Assembly: GCA_965113315.1 (NCBI GenBank)
Contig: OZ220367.1
Reading direction: 5' to 3' (one strand)
DNA length: 64,000 bases
Source: Podarcis vaucheri
Lineage: Eukaryota
Below, in pieces: positions 1 through 12,565 of this stretch. Made by a program: the position numbers and the translations under genes. Below the pieces are notes generated by a model. That model saw only the letters and a list, made by a program, of their open reading frames with translations. It was not told the origin of the DNA and made no database searches. The stretch's first letter is position 1. Each line of letters begins with the position of its first letter.

Positions 1-3000
1 CAAGATAATTTTTCTTACCAGTCCTGGTCAGCTAAAAAAATTTCAATTTCAACCAGTTTGCTTTTGTAAAATGTACTAATGTAAATAGGAAGGAATTCAA
101 CTACATGTTAGATATGGTAAAGGCAAACAAGCCATTTGAAAATATTTTACTTGGCTTGGTTTCCTCGCAGCATAGATTATGAACAAAGTGTGGTAGGAGT
201 TGTCATGATGGAAGAGTTCCAAAAATGAGTACTGAATTAGAAAATGATCAAGTACAAAGACATTAATTAGTATTTTGGCATAATCTCCTATCATATCCTT
301 ATTGCTTCCTAAATTGCATTTAGAAGACAGTAAATTAAGAAAGCAGATGCAGTGTTTCATTGCAGCGAGTGACTCCTGAATTCCTTGCCTATGACTTTTA
401 AGTTTTTATAAAAGTTCCTAAGTCAATTCCGTGGGGAGATAGGGCTAGTCTTGGAACCCATTTGTGTACCAAAATTATTATGAGATTTTATTTTTAGTTT
501 AGTTTCAGTGCTAAATGCAATCAAGGGCTTTCTTTAAATTGGCACCATTTAGGTAAACAGTAACAGGACATTATTTTCCCAGTATTTCCAGCGTACAACA
601 AATTGTGCTGTAAGTGGTTATAAAATGTTCCGTTAAAAGTTGGTATTTGTATGTTAGGTTATAGTGTTGGTAGACTACTCAAAAAGCTTCTCTTTTTTTA
701 ATTGTGAGATTGAGTATCCCTGTACTTTATTTTGGGATGATCAGTTTTTAAATCGCATTTGGCAGCTACTTCTGTGTAGTATGCATGCTGATTTTAATGC
801 TGCCGTCCTATATTTTCCTGGGGCAGGAGGGTTCCACATCTCCTTGTAGAGGTGAGGGCCTTGATAACTTTGTTTTATAATAGACACTCTTCATGTTTTT
901 GTTTTAGCGTAAGGTTTTATAAAGTTTATTTTCCAAGGAGCACATTGTAGATGGCCCCCTTGATCCAAATGCCTTTAGCACAACAAAAAATTAAGATATT
1001 TAAATTTTAATCTGGAGCACTTGTTGCAGTTTAGAAAGTCCCATATGCAGAGAACAACAACAGCAGAATCCTACCCCTACCATTTGGAGTCTGTACTGCT
1101 TTGGACGAGTCTGCTTAGCTATACCATTTGTGAAATTGATCTGTAATTCTTATTTTCAAAGTGCTCCACAGACCTAGTGATCATCCAGTGCGGGCAAATG
1201 TCCATTTTAGCAAGTTTAGAATAAAACATTTCTTGCCACAGATATGAGCATTGAAAATACGGCTTTGTTGGGGACATGTTGAAAACAAATGGAGGCACTG
1301 CTGCCTTCAGTCTCTTAAATGCTCTGAACTCTCTTCAGCTAATGCAGCACTTTGTGAATGGTAAGGACAAGTTATAATTTATTCTCCTCAAGCTTCAGAT
1401 TTCCGAATGCTTCCTCTTGCTTTTTTTGGACACAGTAGTAGTAACAGCTTTCTAGGTGATCTCACTTGAGCACTTTTTTCTAAGTTGTGTTTAGGGATTC
1501 ATCTGCAAGGGGGGGGAAATAGTACTTTTTGCAAAAGATACTGCACCTTCCAGAAATTCTAATCTGTGGGTGGGAGGGAGGGAGAGGGCATTTTTTTGGG
1601 AGGTAGTTCCATGCCTCCATTACAGTCAATAGGGAAGTAACCAAAAGCACAGTGATGAGGGGGTGTATATAGCTTGGTATATTGTTGCAAATAATAAAAA
1701 GCATGAATATGAAACTGAAAGTTTGTACTTCAAGTGGGTTATAGGCAGCAGGAGGTGTTGTGGAATTCTTTCTTCTGCTGTTTGTTCCATTCCCTGTTTT
1801 AGAATTCCTGGGCGGGGGGGGGGGAGTGCGCATGGGTGGGTGGGGTAAAACCTCGAAATTTTTAGTACGTGGCTGCATTGGAGCTCCCCAGAAAGTTATA
1901 AAGGGAGCTAATGCAGTGTAGACAAGGCTCAAATCAAGCTGCTTTTTCAAATGAACGCAGCCTTAAATGTAATCAAAAATTACAGCAATAACAGAAAACA
2001 AAAGGATCTGGGCTTTTAAACTTCAAAAGTTATGTTTTTGAATAATGTTCAAAGTATCATTTAGGAGACGTTCCCAAGGTAGATAACACAGTGTTCTAAG
2101 TATCTCTTTTTAAAAGAAGAACAAAATAGCAAAATAGTCACATTCTATGGAAACATCATTTGCCTAAGAATTGGTAGATTTAGTCAGTGGTGTTTAGCAC
2201 TAACCTACTGACAGGAAACTAAACCTCAATTATTAATCCTGATTATAAATGTGTAACTAAAATATTGTTGAAGGCTACAGAAGTTCAAGTACTCTGACAA
2301 GCTCATAAAGTAACCATGAAAGGTAGCATGATGCTATAATGGAAATATTGTTTGGTGGGATTCACTTCAGCTGAATTCCTGTAAATGAAAAGCCACTTAG
2401 AATGCAACACTTGTAATCTGGTTAAATTTTATGGAACGGTATTTGCATAGGGATATTCCATGTCAGCTGATCTTCACAGATCTTAATTTCTGTATAGAAT
2501 TTTGAATTGATTAGGCAAATCTTTCTCCTATGTGTATCAAATGAGCAGTGTTCCTCTTGGTTGAGCACAGTATTGTAAAGCTAGCTTAATTTGTTTTATT
2601 AAAATGCAGAGAGATTGGATGACACTGTTCTACGCAAAGCAGAATATCTAAATTGCTTATATGAAAATGGTGAGTTGGCACTGTTAGGTAAATACACGGT
2701 ATTTAGCGGCTGCTTCTGAAAGAAGTCGGCATCCATATAGAGGTTTTAACTAATTTCCTGATAGTTATGAAGGCTCACCATAGCATTTTCTATTGGGTAA
2801 CTCTGCTAGAATACATCAAATAGTACAAATGCCATTTCTGTCCGTGCATGTAAAATACTAAGCCCCAGATCCAGAGTTTGGTTGTGGGGGTTTTCTCCAG
2901 GGGTGTGGGCACATGGAGCTTTTTCCAAGCCCCTTGCTTACTGACTTGAGTGGTGCTGTATAGATACTACTTTTTCAGCCTGTATAACCCCCTTCATTCT

Positions 3001-3850
3001 GAAGTGGAGAAGGAAGGTTGTGCAGGCAAAGAAGCTGCATGTGTGTCTTGAGTCATCTGTGAAGGATCTCTTTAGTCAGGCTGTAAGTCTTCAATAGAAA
3101 TGGAAGGGAGAAAAGCTACATAAGCATGTTTTTGCATTAATATCTCAAGCCATCAAGATTCTTGAACTTCCTTTTCAGGCTAGTGAAGGCAGGGGGGGCA
3201 TCTGACCCTTTCTAATGTGACTTGGAATACATTTTGAGTATCGCAGTGTCAGGAGCCAACTTAGTGTATCAAAATATTCTAAATAGTTTGACCTCTAATT
3301 ACCCAACATGATCTGTGTGGTTTTTTCCAATCTGATGTGACTTTTGAGCACTTAGCAAGCAAACCGGGGAAGTTTCATTTAGCTTGCTGCTGTACAGACT
3401 TGTTTTTAGTAGAATGGATTTGTTAGTGGGATTTTATTGTAGTGCTATTATTGGCTGCCCTTGTGGGGTGAAAAGGGGGAGTGCATGCAACAGGTGCAAG
3501 AGGCCCCAGTAATAGTGTTTGTTATGAAATAGACACAGGTTTCCTTTTTTTATAACTTTTTTTTTTTAAAGAAGACTGTCTTAAAGCAGTTGTATTGGTA
3601 CTTTTCCAAGTTTAGGTCAATGTTGTCTTCCAGAACCAGTTTAAAGCATCATATCTGCATTGAACTATTGCATCAACACATAGGAGTGGCAATTTCATTC
3701 TGAGCCAACTGTGTAAAATTCATTTTTATTTTTATGCAATCCAATGAGTAGATGAGCTCAGAGTTAAATTCTTAAAAGCACGTTTATGTAACAGGAATTG
3801 TTATGTATTAATACTTCAGTTTTCAATAAAGATTGACTGTGTTGCTTATC
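1..3850 (+). other. Probable long 3' UTR / terminal exon of the convergent neighbouring gene (FAM168B inferred from synteny only)
   Basis: U-rich, repeat-poor, no credible ORF. Ends in TGTA motifs, AATAAA at 3825-3830 and a GU/U-rich downstream element. In human, FAM168B lies tail-to-tail with ARHGEF4 (recalled). No coding sequence is visible to confirm the gene. Confidence 0.55.
3825..3830 (+). terminator. Polyadenylation signal AATAAA of the + strand neighbour
   Basis: ttcAATAAAgattgactgtgttg..., upstream tatgta motifs, downstream GT-rich tract and T-run near 3865-3876. Confidence 0.65.
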
Positions 3851-6199
3851 GTGGTCCTTTAGTCTTGTTTTTTTTTCCCTTGGAACAACTACAGGTCTCA
3901 AAGTTCACATCTTACCTTCCAGTTGCCTATGCTAGCTGGAGATGATGGAGCATCTGCACATGCAGAGAGCCCCAGGTTCCCTGCCCTTGCTCTGTAATGT
4001 AACTTCGTATGCTTAGCTTGCTGCTTCAAATCAACCACAGTATATCAAATCAGCTGCTTACTTTACTCAAAAGGAAAAAGTGTTAAATTGGCATCAGTCC
4101 TTCTGTTGGTTGTATAGCACTCTTTCCCCTTTTGCTGGTGGTATCAAAGATCCTATATTACTGCATGCTTTCACAGAGAATTATTATAAGAAGCTTTCCC
4201 TGTGCTGACATTCTTCTATGGAAGTTAGATTTCCTATACTGTATATATACAAACCCAAAAATGAGAATTCTGTTTATTCTATGAAGCTTCTGAAAGCAGC
4301 AATATGGCAATCTTGTCTGTTTATATGGGATATGAGGAGGACTCTGAAGTATGTCAGGCACTAAGCTAAGTGTGAGGCGGATTTTTTTGGATGGAGGGCG
4401 CTGTTTGGACCAGTATTCCAGTAGTGGGTGGTGGCAGATCCACACAAAGCTATTTCACATGGCATGTTTAATTCTTGGTATTAAATTCTTAGTAACTCCA
4501 CAAGTTTCACCTGTTTTCTTTAAACTTTTAATCCATTTTATGCATCCTTTATAGACTTTAATCAACTCTTGGGGTTTCATGTTCCACATCCCTGGAACAA
4601 TGGAAGCTATGTTGCATTCCTTTTCTGGGCTCTGCAGGCTACTAACTTCACACCCATCTACCATTGTTAAAAGCAGCAGGATGTTCTTGCCCCCTAGTTG
4701 TGGGGTGTTCTGGCTTGGTTCAGTACTAATCCCTTGCTCCTTGTTTCAGTACCTGATCTGTACTGCTGTATACTACAGTATACGATTTATCCCATGGGAC
4801 TGATAATTCCTGGGATATGTTTACTCAACAAGTAAAAAGTGCTTTCATTTGCAGCACTGGCCACCTGACTGCATAGTTCGCATTGGTCGAGCAAAGGCAA
4901 CTCTGGCACATTACTTCCAGACTGGTCTTTCTCTTTTGCTATTGGACTTCCTCTCTCTGACAACTACTACACTTTTCTTCAAATACTTCTGTGCTTAGTA
5001 GCTGGCTAGGTTGAACTGTGTCGTTAATACGATTGGTATTTTCAGGTCTACACATCTGACAGAAGCGTTCTTAGCTCTTGATCATGTTGCGGCACACCAC
5101 TTTTGAGTCTCATTGTAAAACCTGGTGGCTTTTGTTAATCTAGCCTTACTCATGTGGATTGAATGGCTTGGAACTCATGCTACCTCCCCACAACATTAAA
5201 CAGTTCAAGAGATGAAAAGTACTAACAAATTAGGAGTCATCTTGTACATGATGGCTATATCTAGACTGGCATCTAGCCTCTCCAAATCCCATGCTACAGC
5301 CCAGAGTGCTGGAGCTATCAAAGTGTAATTGCACTAAAGAAAGCTTCTAACAGGGATGCATGCATATCATTTCTCATCAGTTGGAGACTTCCAGCCAGTT
5401 ATGTAAACTGAAAAATAAAGGGTTTAGTCTTAATGGTTGCTTGTGTGAGCAGAAGGCAATGAGTTAGCTTAGCTTAGTTCCCCTGCCCTGCTGCATCCCA
5501 TTCAATTCACAGGGCCTGCTTTAAGGGATGCAACAGCAAGGAGATGTGAAAGCCCCATTGCATCAGCAAAAGCTCTGAAATCTTGGGGTCCAGCTTGGTA
5601 TGTTTGAAATTATGTAAAAAGTTAAATTATGTCCACATACAAGTCATCACTTGACACTGCAGTCTCACATGCATCTTTTACAAAAGTAATGTGAATCAGC
5701 TTTTAGACCAGGTGGGGAAACTGAGTTCCTCTAGCTGTTGCTGGATTCCTTGGGCTACAGCCACACCATACATGTAAAGTGTTCTCACATCATTTTAAGT
5801 CAAGGATTACTGTGCAAAATCCTGGGATCTGTAGTTTGTTAAGGGTGCCGAGTGTTAGGAGATGCCTCACAGAGCTACAGTTCTCATCAGCCTTAAACAG
5901 TAGTTCCCAGGATTTGCACTGGGGGGGGGATGACTTACAATGGTGTGAGAGTGCTTTACGTGTATGGTGTGGATGTGGTAGTCCTCTCTTATAAACTTCT
6001 ATCAAGGATGAGGGGAGTTGAAAAATTCAGCAAGAGCTTGAGGACCACAGATTCAACATCCTTGCTGTCGACATGGCTGGAGCTGGAGAGAAACAAAGGC
6101 AATAGAGCCCAGCCTGCTAGGCAGCTTGCTCCTCACTTAAGAATAACCAGGCACAAAGGACGAGACTGTTGGACCAAGAATTCTATAACAGACACACAC

Positions 6200-7682
6200 A
6201 GAGTGGAAATCACTTTTACAAGTTTCTTTATGAAATTAAATGTAGCCCCTCCCACGAGGGGAAAGATATAGTGCAAGAATGAATTTGTACATGCTTCTGG
6301 ATTTGCGTAACTATCGGCTGGTTAGCCGTAGTTGGACACTGCATCTCTGTGGCAGACTTCTGAGTGCTCACCCCCTCACAGTAGTCTCATACCAGAGTAC
6401 ATGGTTTTCTTTTTAAGTTCACAGTACCAGGTAATCCCTAAAGGATGGGATTCAGTCAGTTATGGCTTCTAGCTATCTTGCTATAGTAAGGCAAATCTTT
6501 CTCTTTTTCTAGTCAAGGATTACATGGGTATTTTTGCCCACCATTTTCAAGTGTCAGTGTGTCTATATATACACCCTTCTGTATAAATCTGGAACTCTGT
6601 GGCCCAGGCTTCCTATCCCCGCACCGCCTCTGCAGACTATTGCGTGGGTGGCACAGTTCCCAAGGATAATACTGATTTGCTTGTAAGTGGTACTGGTACA
6701 TCTGAAATTCACCTTCAGACATGTCTCATCTTTTTTTTAGGAATATAGGCTTACAAATGTTGGCCTTTGTCTTTAGTGGGGGGGAAAAATAGACAAAACA
6801 GGCATCAAGTTAACATCTGACAAGACAGATTACAAACTCTTACAAAATACAGTTATCTGCACTTTTACCATAAATAAACATTTAAAAACACTGACAGAAA
6901 AAAAAATTCATTGGCCAAGAACTATGGCAAAGTGTTGGTAGAGAATAAAAGTAATTTAAAGTTAATTTAGGCACATTTCCCCCTCCCCCACAATGGACAT
7001 TAACTCAACTAGGTCTCGGCTGTTAGTCATGCTTCAGGTTGGCCAGTCAGGTTCTGGTTCGTGGTCAGTAGTTCTGCTTTCAGCAAAGGAAGGTCGAAGG
7101 TGGCTCACTGGCCATTCTTCAGGATTTATGTGAAAATGGGTGAGGATGGTGATGGGAAAGGAGTCCGTCGTCCCAGGAGAAAACTGTGTAACAGCAGCAA
7201 CAACACTCGGAACAGCTTTTTGGAGCAAATGCAAAGCTGGCAGTGGGACTGCTCATCCCCTTGCCCCTATTTTGTCTGGCAGCCTTGTTGAAACTGCAAG
7301 CAAATCATGGTCCCAAGGGAAGGAATGGTCCAAAAGGAAAACGACAAAATAAGGGTGGTTTTTGTGTTTTTAAGGAAAGAAACAGGAAAGGTTCCAACTA
7401 TGTTCTAACTCAAGCCTCTTGCTTTCTCTTCCTGGGTATTCAAAAGAGATGGGCAGGCTCAGCTCACTTTCACAGACACACGCGTACGTACACACAACAA
7501 CAAAAATGGTCCATGTTGTAACACTTTTGAGCTCATTCAGTCTGGCAAAAGAAATAAGGGAGTAAAGGGAAGATGCTATCCCTCTGAAAGCCAGGAGGGG
7601 GAGCTAGTGCTTTGTTTTGCAGGACTGATGCATAAAGTGCTTTCTCAGAAGGTATTCAGGCACAAGATCAGGCTGCTTCCCC
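6200..7682 (-). other. ARHGEF4: ARHGEF4 3' UTR (distal end uncertain)
   Basis: Follows the stop codon. Candidate signal CATAAA (6227-6232, minus) is followed by a ctctgtgtgtgtctgtt GU-rich element. An alternative AATAAA lies at 4273-4278 (minus). Confidence 0.45.
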
Positions 7683-7840
7683 TCATTTTCGAAACGGTGC
7701 CAGCCTGCTGATGTTCTGCCAGAAATTCGAAGGCTTGCGCTTGGGCTCCGCCAGCATGAAAACTTGCTGCTGGGGGAGGTTCGTCGGCAATGTGGGGTGC
7801 TTCTGGCGCATCAAGAAATCGTAATATGTCCGGGTGACCA
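7683..7840 (-). CDS. ARHGEF4: ARHGEF4 last coding exon: (V)[51 protein letters not shown]
   Basis: AG acceptor at 7842-7841, phase 1, TGA at 7685-7683. The C-terminus ...ISRLAPFRK is diagnostic of ARHGEF4 rather than SPATA13 or ARHGEF9. Confidence 0.95.
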
Positions 7841-8551
7841 CTGTTAACAACATGAGCAAGAGGATAAAAGGTTACATTGACGCAGATTCAACGCATTCTT
7901 GCTCGTGATGCCCAGCATGATCTAAATTTAATAGAATAATTCTTCAAAACAACTCAATGCTGCCTTTTAGCAGAAGCATCCAATAGGACCTTCTTATCTC
8001 TTATGTCCATCTTCTGCCTGATCTCATGACACTTTGTGGGGGAGGAGAAAAAGCTGATAAAAGGGTCCTCATGCTCAAGCCATCTGCAGCACAACTACCA
8101 TTTCTGAACACATGAGCCACTAGTAATATTTTTATCTTGAAATGTGGCTAGGCATCACATTAAATTTTGCATTTAACATGCAGGTTTCTTTAAACAGCAA
8201 ACCCAGGAGGCCTGATTATTATGGAATTGCAGCAAGTGGGGGTCTTTTTTGAGGGGGAGCGGGATCCTGCCTTCCCCTGCTGTTCTGAGGACAATTCTAC
8301 CCCTGATGTAGGTACTTTGCTTTTGGGTAGATGCTTCCAACTGAATAAAACTAGCTTCCAAGAGCAGGTTCTTGTATATTGCCCTGTATCCTGGATCTCC
8401 CTGGCAGGGCTGAAGGCAGCTCAGTGTGTTCAGGGTGCTCTGAAATGCATGGTGTGAAAAGAGAAAAAGTGTCTCCCCTCCTAATACTAGAACTTGGGAT
8501 AATTCCCCTGTTGGAGGGAGAGATAAGAGAAGGATAACTATCCTGACTTGC

Positions 8552-8629
8552 CTTTCGGTTTTCCACTCTGGTTCAGTTTGCTGGCATTAAGCATGGCTTG
8601 TTTCTTCTGCACCTCAGTAATGGAAAAAC
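8552..8629 (-). CDS. ARHGEF4: ARHGEF4 exon: (G)FSITEVQKKQAMLNASKLNQSGKPK, GC-type donor
   Basis: 78 nt, phase 1/1. Acceptor tcttctag; donor AAG|GCAAGT. Homologous to GFSITELQRKQAMLNASK of mammalian Asef. Confidence 0.9.
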
Positions 8630-8850
8630 CTAGAAGATGAAACAAAACTCATTAGCTCAGCAGTGCCTTTGAAAGGTGCATCGTAGAAACACACGCACAG
8701 CAATCAAGGGGGGCGGGTCAAGTGCAAAATCCCAAGAAGCAAAAATATCACTTAGCAGCTTGATTCTGCGCACAATGACTTGGAAATCAGCCCCGCTGCT
8801 CTGGCCACTTTTCCCTTTCGCCCCACCCACCACTGGAAGTTTCTCTAAGG

Positions 8851-9052
8851 CAGGGGTCAGCAACCCGCGGCTCCGGAGCCGCATGTGGCTCTTTTACACC
8901 TTTGCCACGGCTCCGGGCAAAGTGAGGGGAGGAGGCGCATTGTGTGCCCCAACACTCCCCACTGTTTTAAATGTCGCAATGGTTTTGCGGCTCCCAGTTT
9001 TTTTTTCTTCGGTCCAAGTGGCTCTTTTTGTCTTAAAGGTTGCAGACCCCTG
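8851..9052. mobile_element. hAT (Charlie-like) MITE, 202 bp
   Basis: TIRs CAGGGGTCAGCAACC / GGTTGCAGACCCCTG; perfect 8-bp target duplication CTCTAAGG (8843-8850 and 9053-9060). Confidence 0.9.
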
Positions 9053-9344
9053 CTCTAAGGGGGAAGGAAGCCCTTGGGCTGAAAAGGGCTCCCCACCCCT
9101 GACTCAGGAGATGCTTTGGCACAGCTAGTGGACCAGTGCATCCACCAGACAGAAAAATTACATAGGAGGGCCCTCTAAGACCCTAGGCAATGTTTTGTTT
9201 GTTACATCCGTAGGGAAATTAGAGTATTTCAAAAGTTTGACATGCAGCTCAGGTGGGGCAGGTGAGAATCTTCTGGGGAAAGGGTTTTCTCTGCTTAATG
9301 GCTGCACAATGCCTTAAGCAGCAACCCCAGCAACTGTTGCATAC

Positions 9345-9588
9345 CGGTTTCCTGGTCAAGCTGAACCTGCTTCCTTTCGTTCTCAAAGGCCTTGAGCCAG
9401 CGCTGCTTCTGCTCTGGCTTTTTTGCACAGAATAAGTGGACTTCTTCAGTGTCCCTGCAGTGCAACTTGAATGCGTTTTTAATGGTGATGTTGAAGTCCT
9501 TGTCTTTCCCATCTTCCACATCCAGAATCTCCATGTTATCCATGCCAATTCGACTCTTATAGTACAGGATGTCACGTCGCAAGAGATC
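9345..9588 (-). CDS. ARHGEF4: ARHGEF4 PH-domain exon 2: [15 protein letters not shown]...[21 protein letters not shown](G)
   Basis: 244 nt, acceptor ctcttag, donor G|GTATGC, phase 0/1; PH C-terminal helix WLKAF. Confidence 0.95.
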
Positions 9589-10688
9589 CTAAGAGGCAAA
9601 ATATAGTCCTGTTCCACTTGGCTTCTCAGAGTCTCCTGGTGCACAAATACTCAAGACAGAAATATACATGGGCTACCATGTGCAAAATAATATATATGTC
9701 AGAACATCAGAAAAGCCAGTCAGGCCAATGGCCCAGCTAGCCTAACAACTGGTTTCTCACAGTGGCCAACCAGTTGCCCATTAGAAGCCATAAGGCAGGA
9801 TATGAGCCCAACAGCCCTCTCCTCAGATACGATTCCAGCAACTAGCATTGAGAGAGGCATATTCTGCTTCAGAAAGTGGAGGTACAATGTAGCCATTGTG
9901 GGTATTTTTCCAGCATGGAGGTTCATCTACAGTTATATATTTTCAGGATTTATATTAAGTTTCCCTCCCTTTGTTTGTGGGAACAGCAATTCAAAGAGGT
10001 GTATTCCAACACAGGGTCGGGGAACTCACAAAAGTCACCAAACGCAACCCAAAAGAAAACCTACACCTGAATCTTCCCTGGCACATTACGAAATAAGATA
10101 GAGGAGTGTAAAAATCAGCTGCTACTGTCCAGGCTCTTGTAACGTAAGAGAGTAAGGGTTTCTAATGTCACTACTAATACAACAAGGAAAGTTGTGATAC
10201 TGCCCTAGGAAGTCTTGGTAGTTTTTAATTGCTTGGAGAATGTATGCACTCATTAAATGGAATATAATAGTTGTGCAAGAATTTCTTCTGGTTGTACAAA
10301 CAATATTATACACATGATTTTTTAGGTTACTAACTTACTGAGTGATTGTACTTAAGATCAAAAGCCCACTGTGTATTTCCATTCTCCCAAGCATGGCAAG
10401 AGGTGAGTTTTTGTACATATACTCAAGAAATTTAAGTCTTATTGAACAGCCTAGGGACCTTTAGGCTGTAGGGCATCATCCTTCAAGAAACTCAAAGTGC
10501 CTCTTGATTACATTATAACACACATGGTTGGAAATGGTCCTGTGCCATTTTGTGCAGAAATGTGTTCTGACAGCTAAAACATAAAACCTGGCACAATTTT
10601 AGTGTGGCTTACCCAAATCAGACACCCCAAAGTGCCCTATTTCAGACACCTTTCATTTAAATCATAAGATGCATAACTGAAACCAATA

Positions 10689-10905
10689 TAGTGGTATCTC
10701 GGGTTACATACGCTTCAGGTTACAGACTCCGCTAACCCAGAAATAGTACCTCGGGTTAAGAACTTTGCTTCAGGATGAGAACAGAAGTCGTGCTCTGGTG
10801 GCGCGGGAGGCCCCATTAACTAAATTGGTGCTTCAGGTTAAGAACAGTTTCAGGTTAAGAACGGACCTCCAGAACGAATTAAGTACTTAACCCGAGGTAC
10901 CACTA
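10689..10905. mobile_element. Tc1/mariner-pogo (Tigger-like) MITE family A, copy 1
   Basis: TIRs TAGTGGTATCTCGGGTTA / TAACCCGAGGTACCACTA, flanked by TA; near-identical to the copies at 47181 and 59836. Confidence 0.9.
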
Positions 10906-12433
10906 TACTAATTTACATGGAAACTAGGGTTAAAGTTTTGGGGGGGGGTCTTCTCCCCAATCAGAACCCTTTTTAAATAAAGCCTTTTGTTCACCTCCCA
11001 AGGTACATAATTTTATGTGAAAATGATTATTCAAACCTAACTCCTGAGATGATTTCTGGAGCCCTTACCCAAACCAGATGCTCATAAATGTCACTCCACA
11101 ACCTACCTACAATATCATCAGTTTACATCATAAGGTTTATATACGAAGTCATTATCATTTTGTGTGGCAGCATGGCAGATAAAACAGACAATCTGAAAAG
11201 TTAGGGGGCTGCTCTCCCATTACATGTCCTTTTTACAGAGATAGACTGATGTTAGGTACTTTGCTACAGCCACACAAACAAATTCAGTTGTGCTGCAGAA
11301 TGTTTCATACCCCGCAAGAATATTGTGCAGTTCTGAAAAATGTTTATTCGGTTCAATGAATCCATGTGGAATGTATCAAGAGAAGCTGCCAGCTCTCTCA
11401 AGGCCACATACGGTACGGGCTCTTTGCTCTTTAAGTATTTTTTCAGCATTCAAAATTTCCATGGCAACTGGTAAGATGTGGTGCATACACTTGCATCTGT
11501 TGAAATATTCCCCTTAAGATATATACCCTTTTGGTGATCTTGTAGCCAGAGTGCATGTTCTATGAACAAATGGGCAGATTCTTCAACATATTTTCCCCTA
11601 ACCAGGAGACTGTATCTTATGTGATGCACAGACACCAACGTGAATATTGTAACTGCACCATCCTATTAATTGTAGTCATATCAAAGACTTAGTATAATCA
11701 TAATAATAGAAGACACAGATAGGATAAAACCCATCACTTCTGTTGCAAGGATTATGATGCCTCCTATTACTGAAGGAAACGAGAATGTAAGAGTCCTGCT
11801 GAGTCAGACCAAAGGCCTATCTAGTCCAATATTCTGTTTTCACAGTGGCCAGTCAAATACCCATGGGAAGCCTCCAAGCAGGATGTGACCTTTTCCTCAT
11901 CCCACCTCCTGGGCTTGGCTTTGTAAGATTTCTACTCAGGCATGCATCTTAATGAATGACACGAGCGTTTATATACGCAGGTGGAAACATTGTTAGACTC
12001 TTATCTATTCAATACAACCATAGAAATTGCCCTGATGCTTAGAAAGAACGTGGGTGGCACTTTCTGATGGATTTAATTTGATAGCATTTTCAGCTGCCGT
12101 ATTTTAATCTTGCAAAAGCTAAATGCCTCACTCTCCTCCAGCGCCGCAGGAGAGCAGTCCACAGCAAGACTCTTTCATTAACTGTTGGTAGAGAAATTCA
12201 CAGCAGACTAGCATGGAAGAAATGATGGCAGGGAAGGCAGGTCTGCAGTAGGAAACCCTTTCCTTGATTTATATGAATAGTGACGTTTAGATTAATGCCA
12301 TCACCCTGACACACTGGGATGTTCTTTAATGCAATGCTTGAATGCAAAACAATGAAAAGCAGTGGGGAATTCCACTATCGGTGGAGAGTGTTAACTGGCA
12401 GAGGCAGAAGTGGACACAGCTTGCTTAGCTTAC

Positions 12434-12565
12434 CTTCTTGCAGCAGACAAGCTGATGATCAAAGAGGAAGAACATTCTTTGATGGCTCTTTGCTTGAGGC
12501 TGGGAAATTTTGGTTAATTCCCCAGAGTAGATAAGTTCAGAACTCTTCACAAGGACATCTTCACC
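12434..12565 (-). CDS. ARHGEF4: ARHGEF4 PH-domain exon 1: [44 protein letters not shown]
   Basis: 132 nt, phase 0/0, gacag acceptor and AAG|GTAAGC donor. Absent from the ORF track; found by reading the minus strand. Confidence 0.95.
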
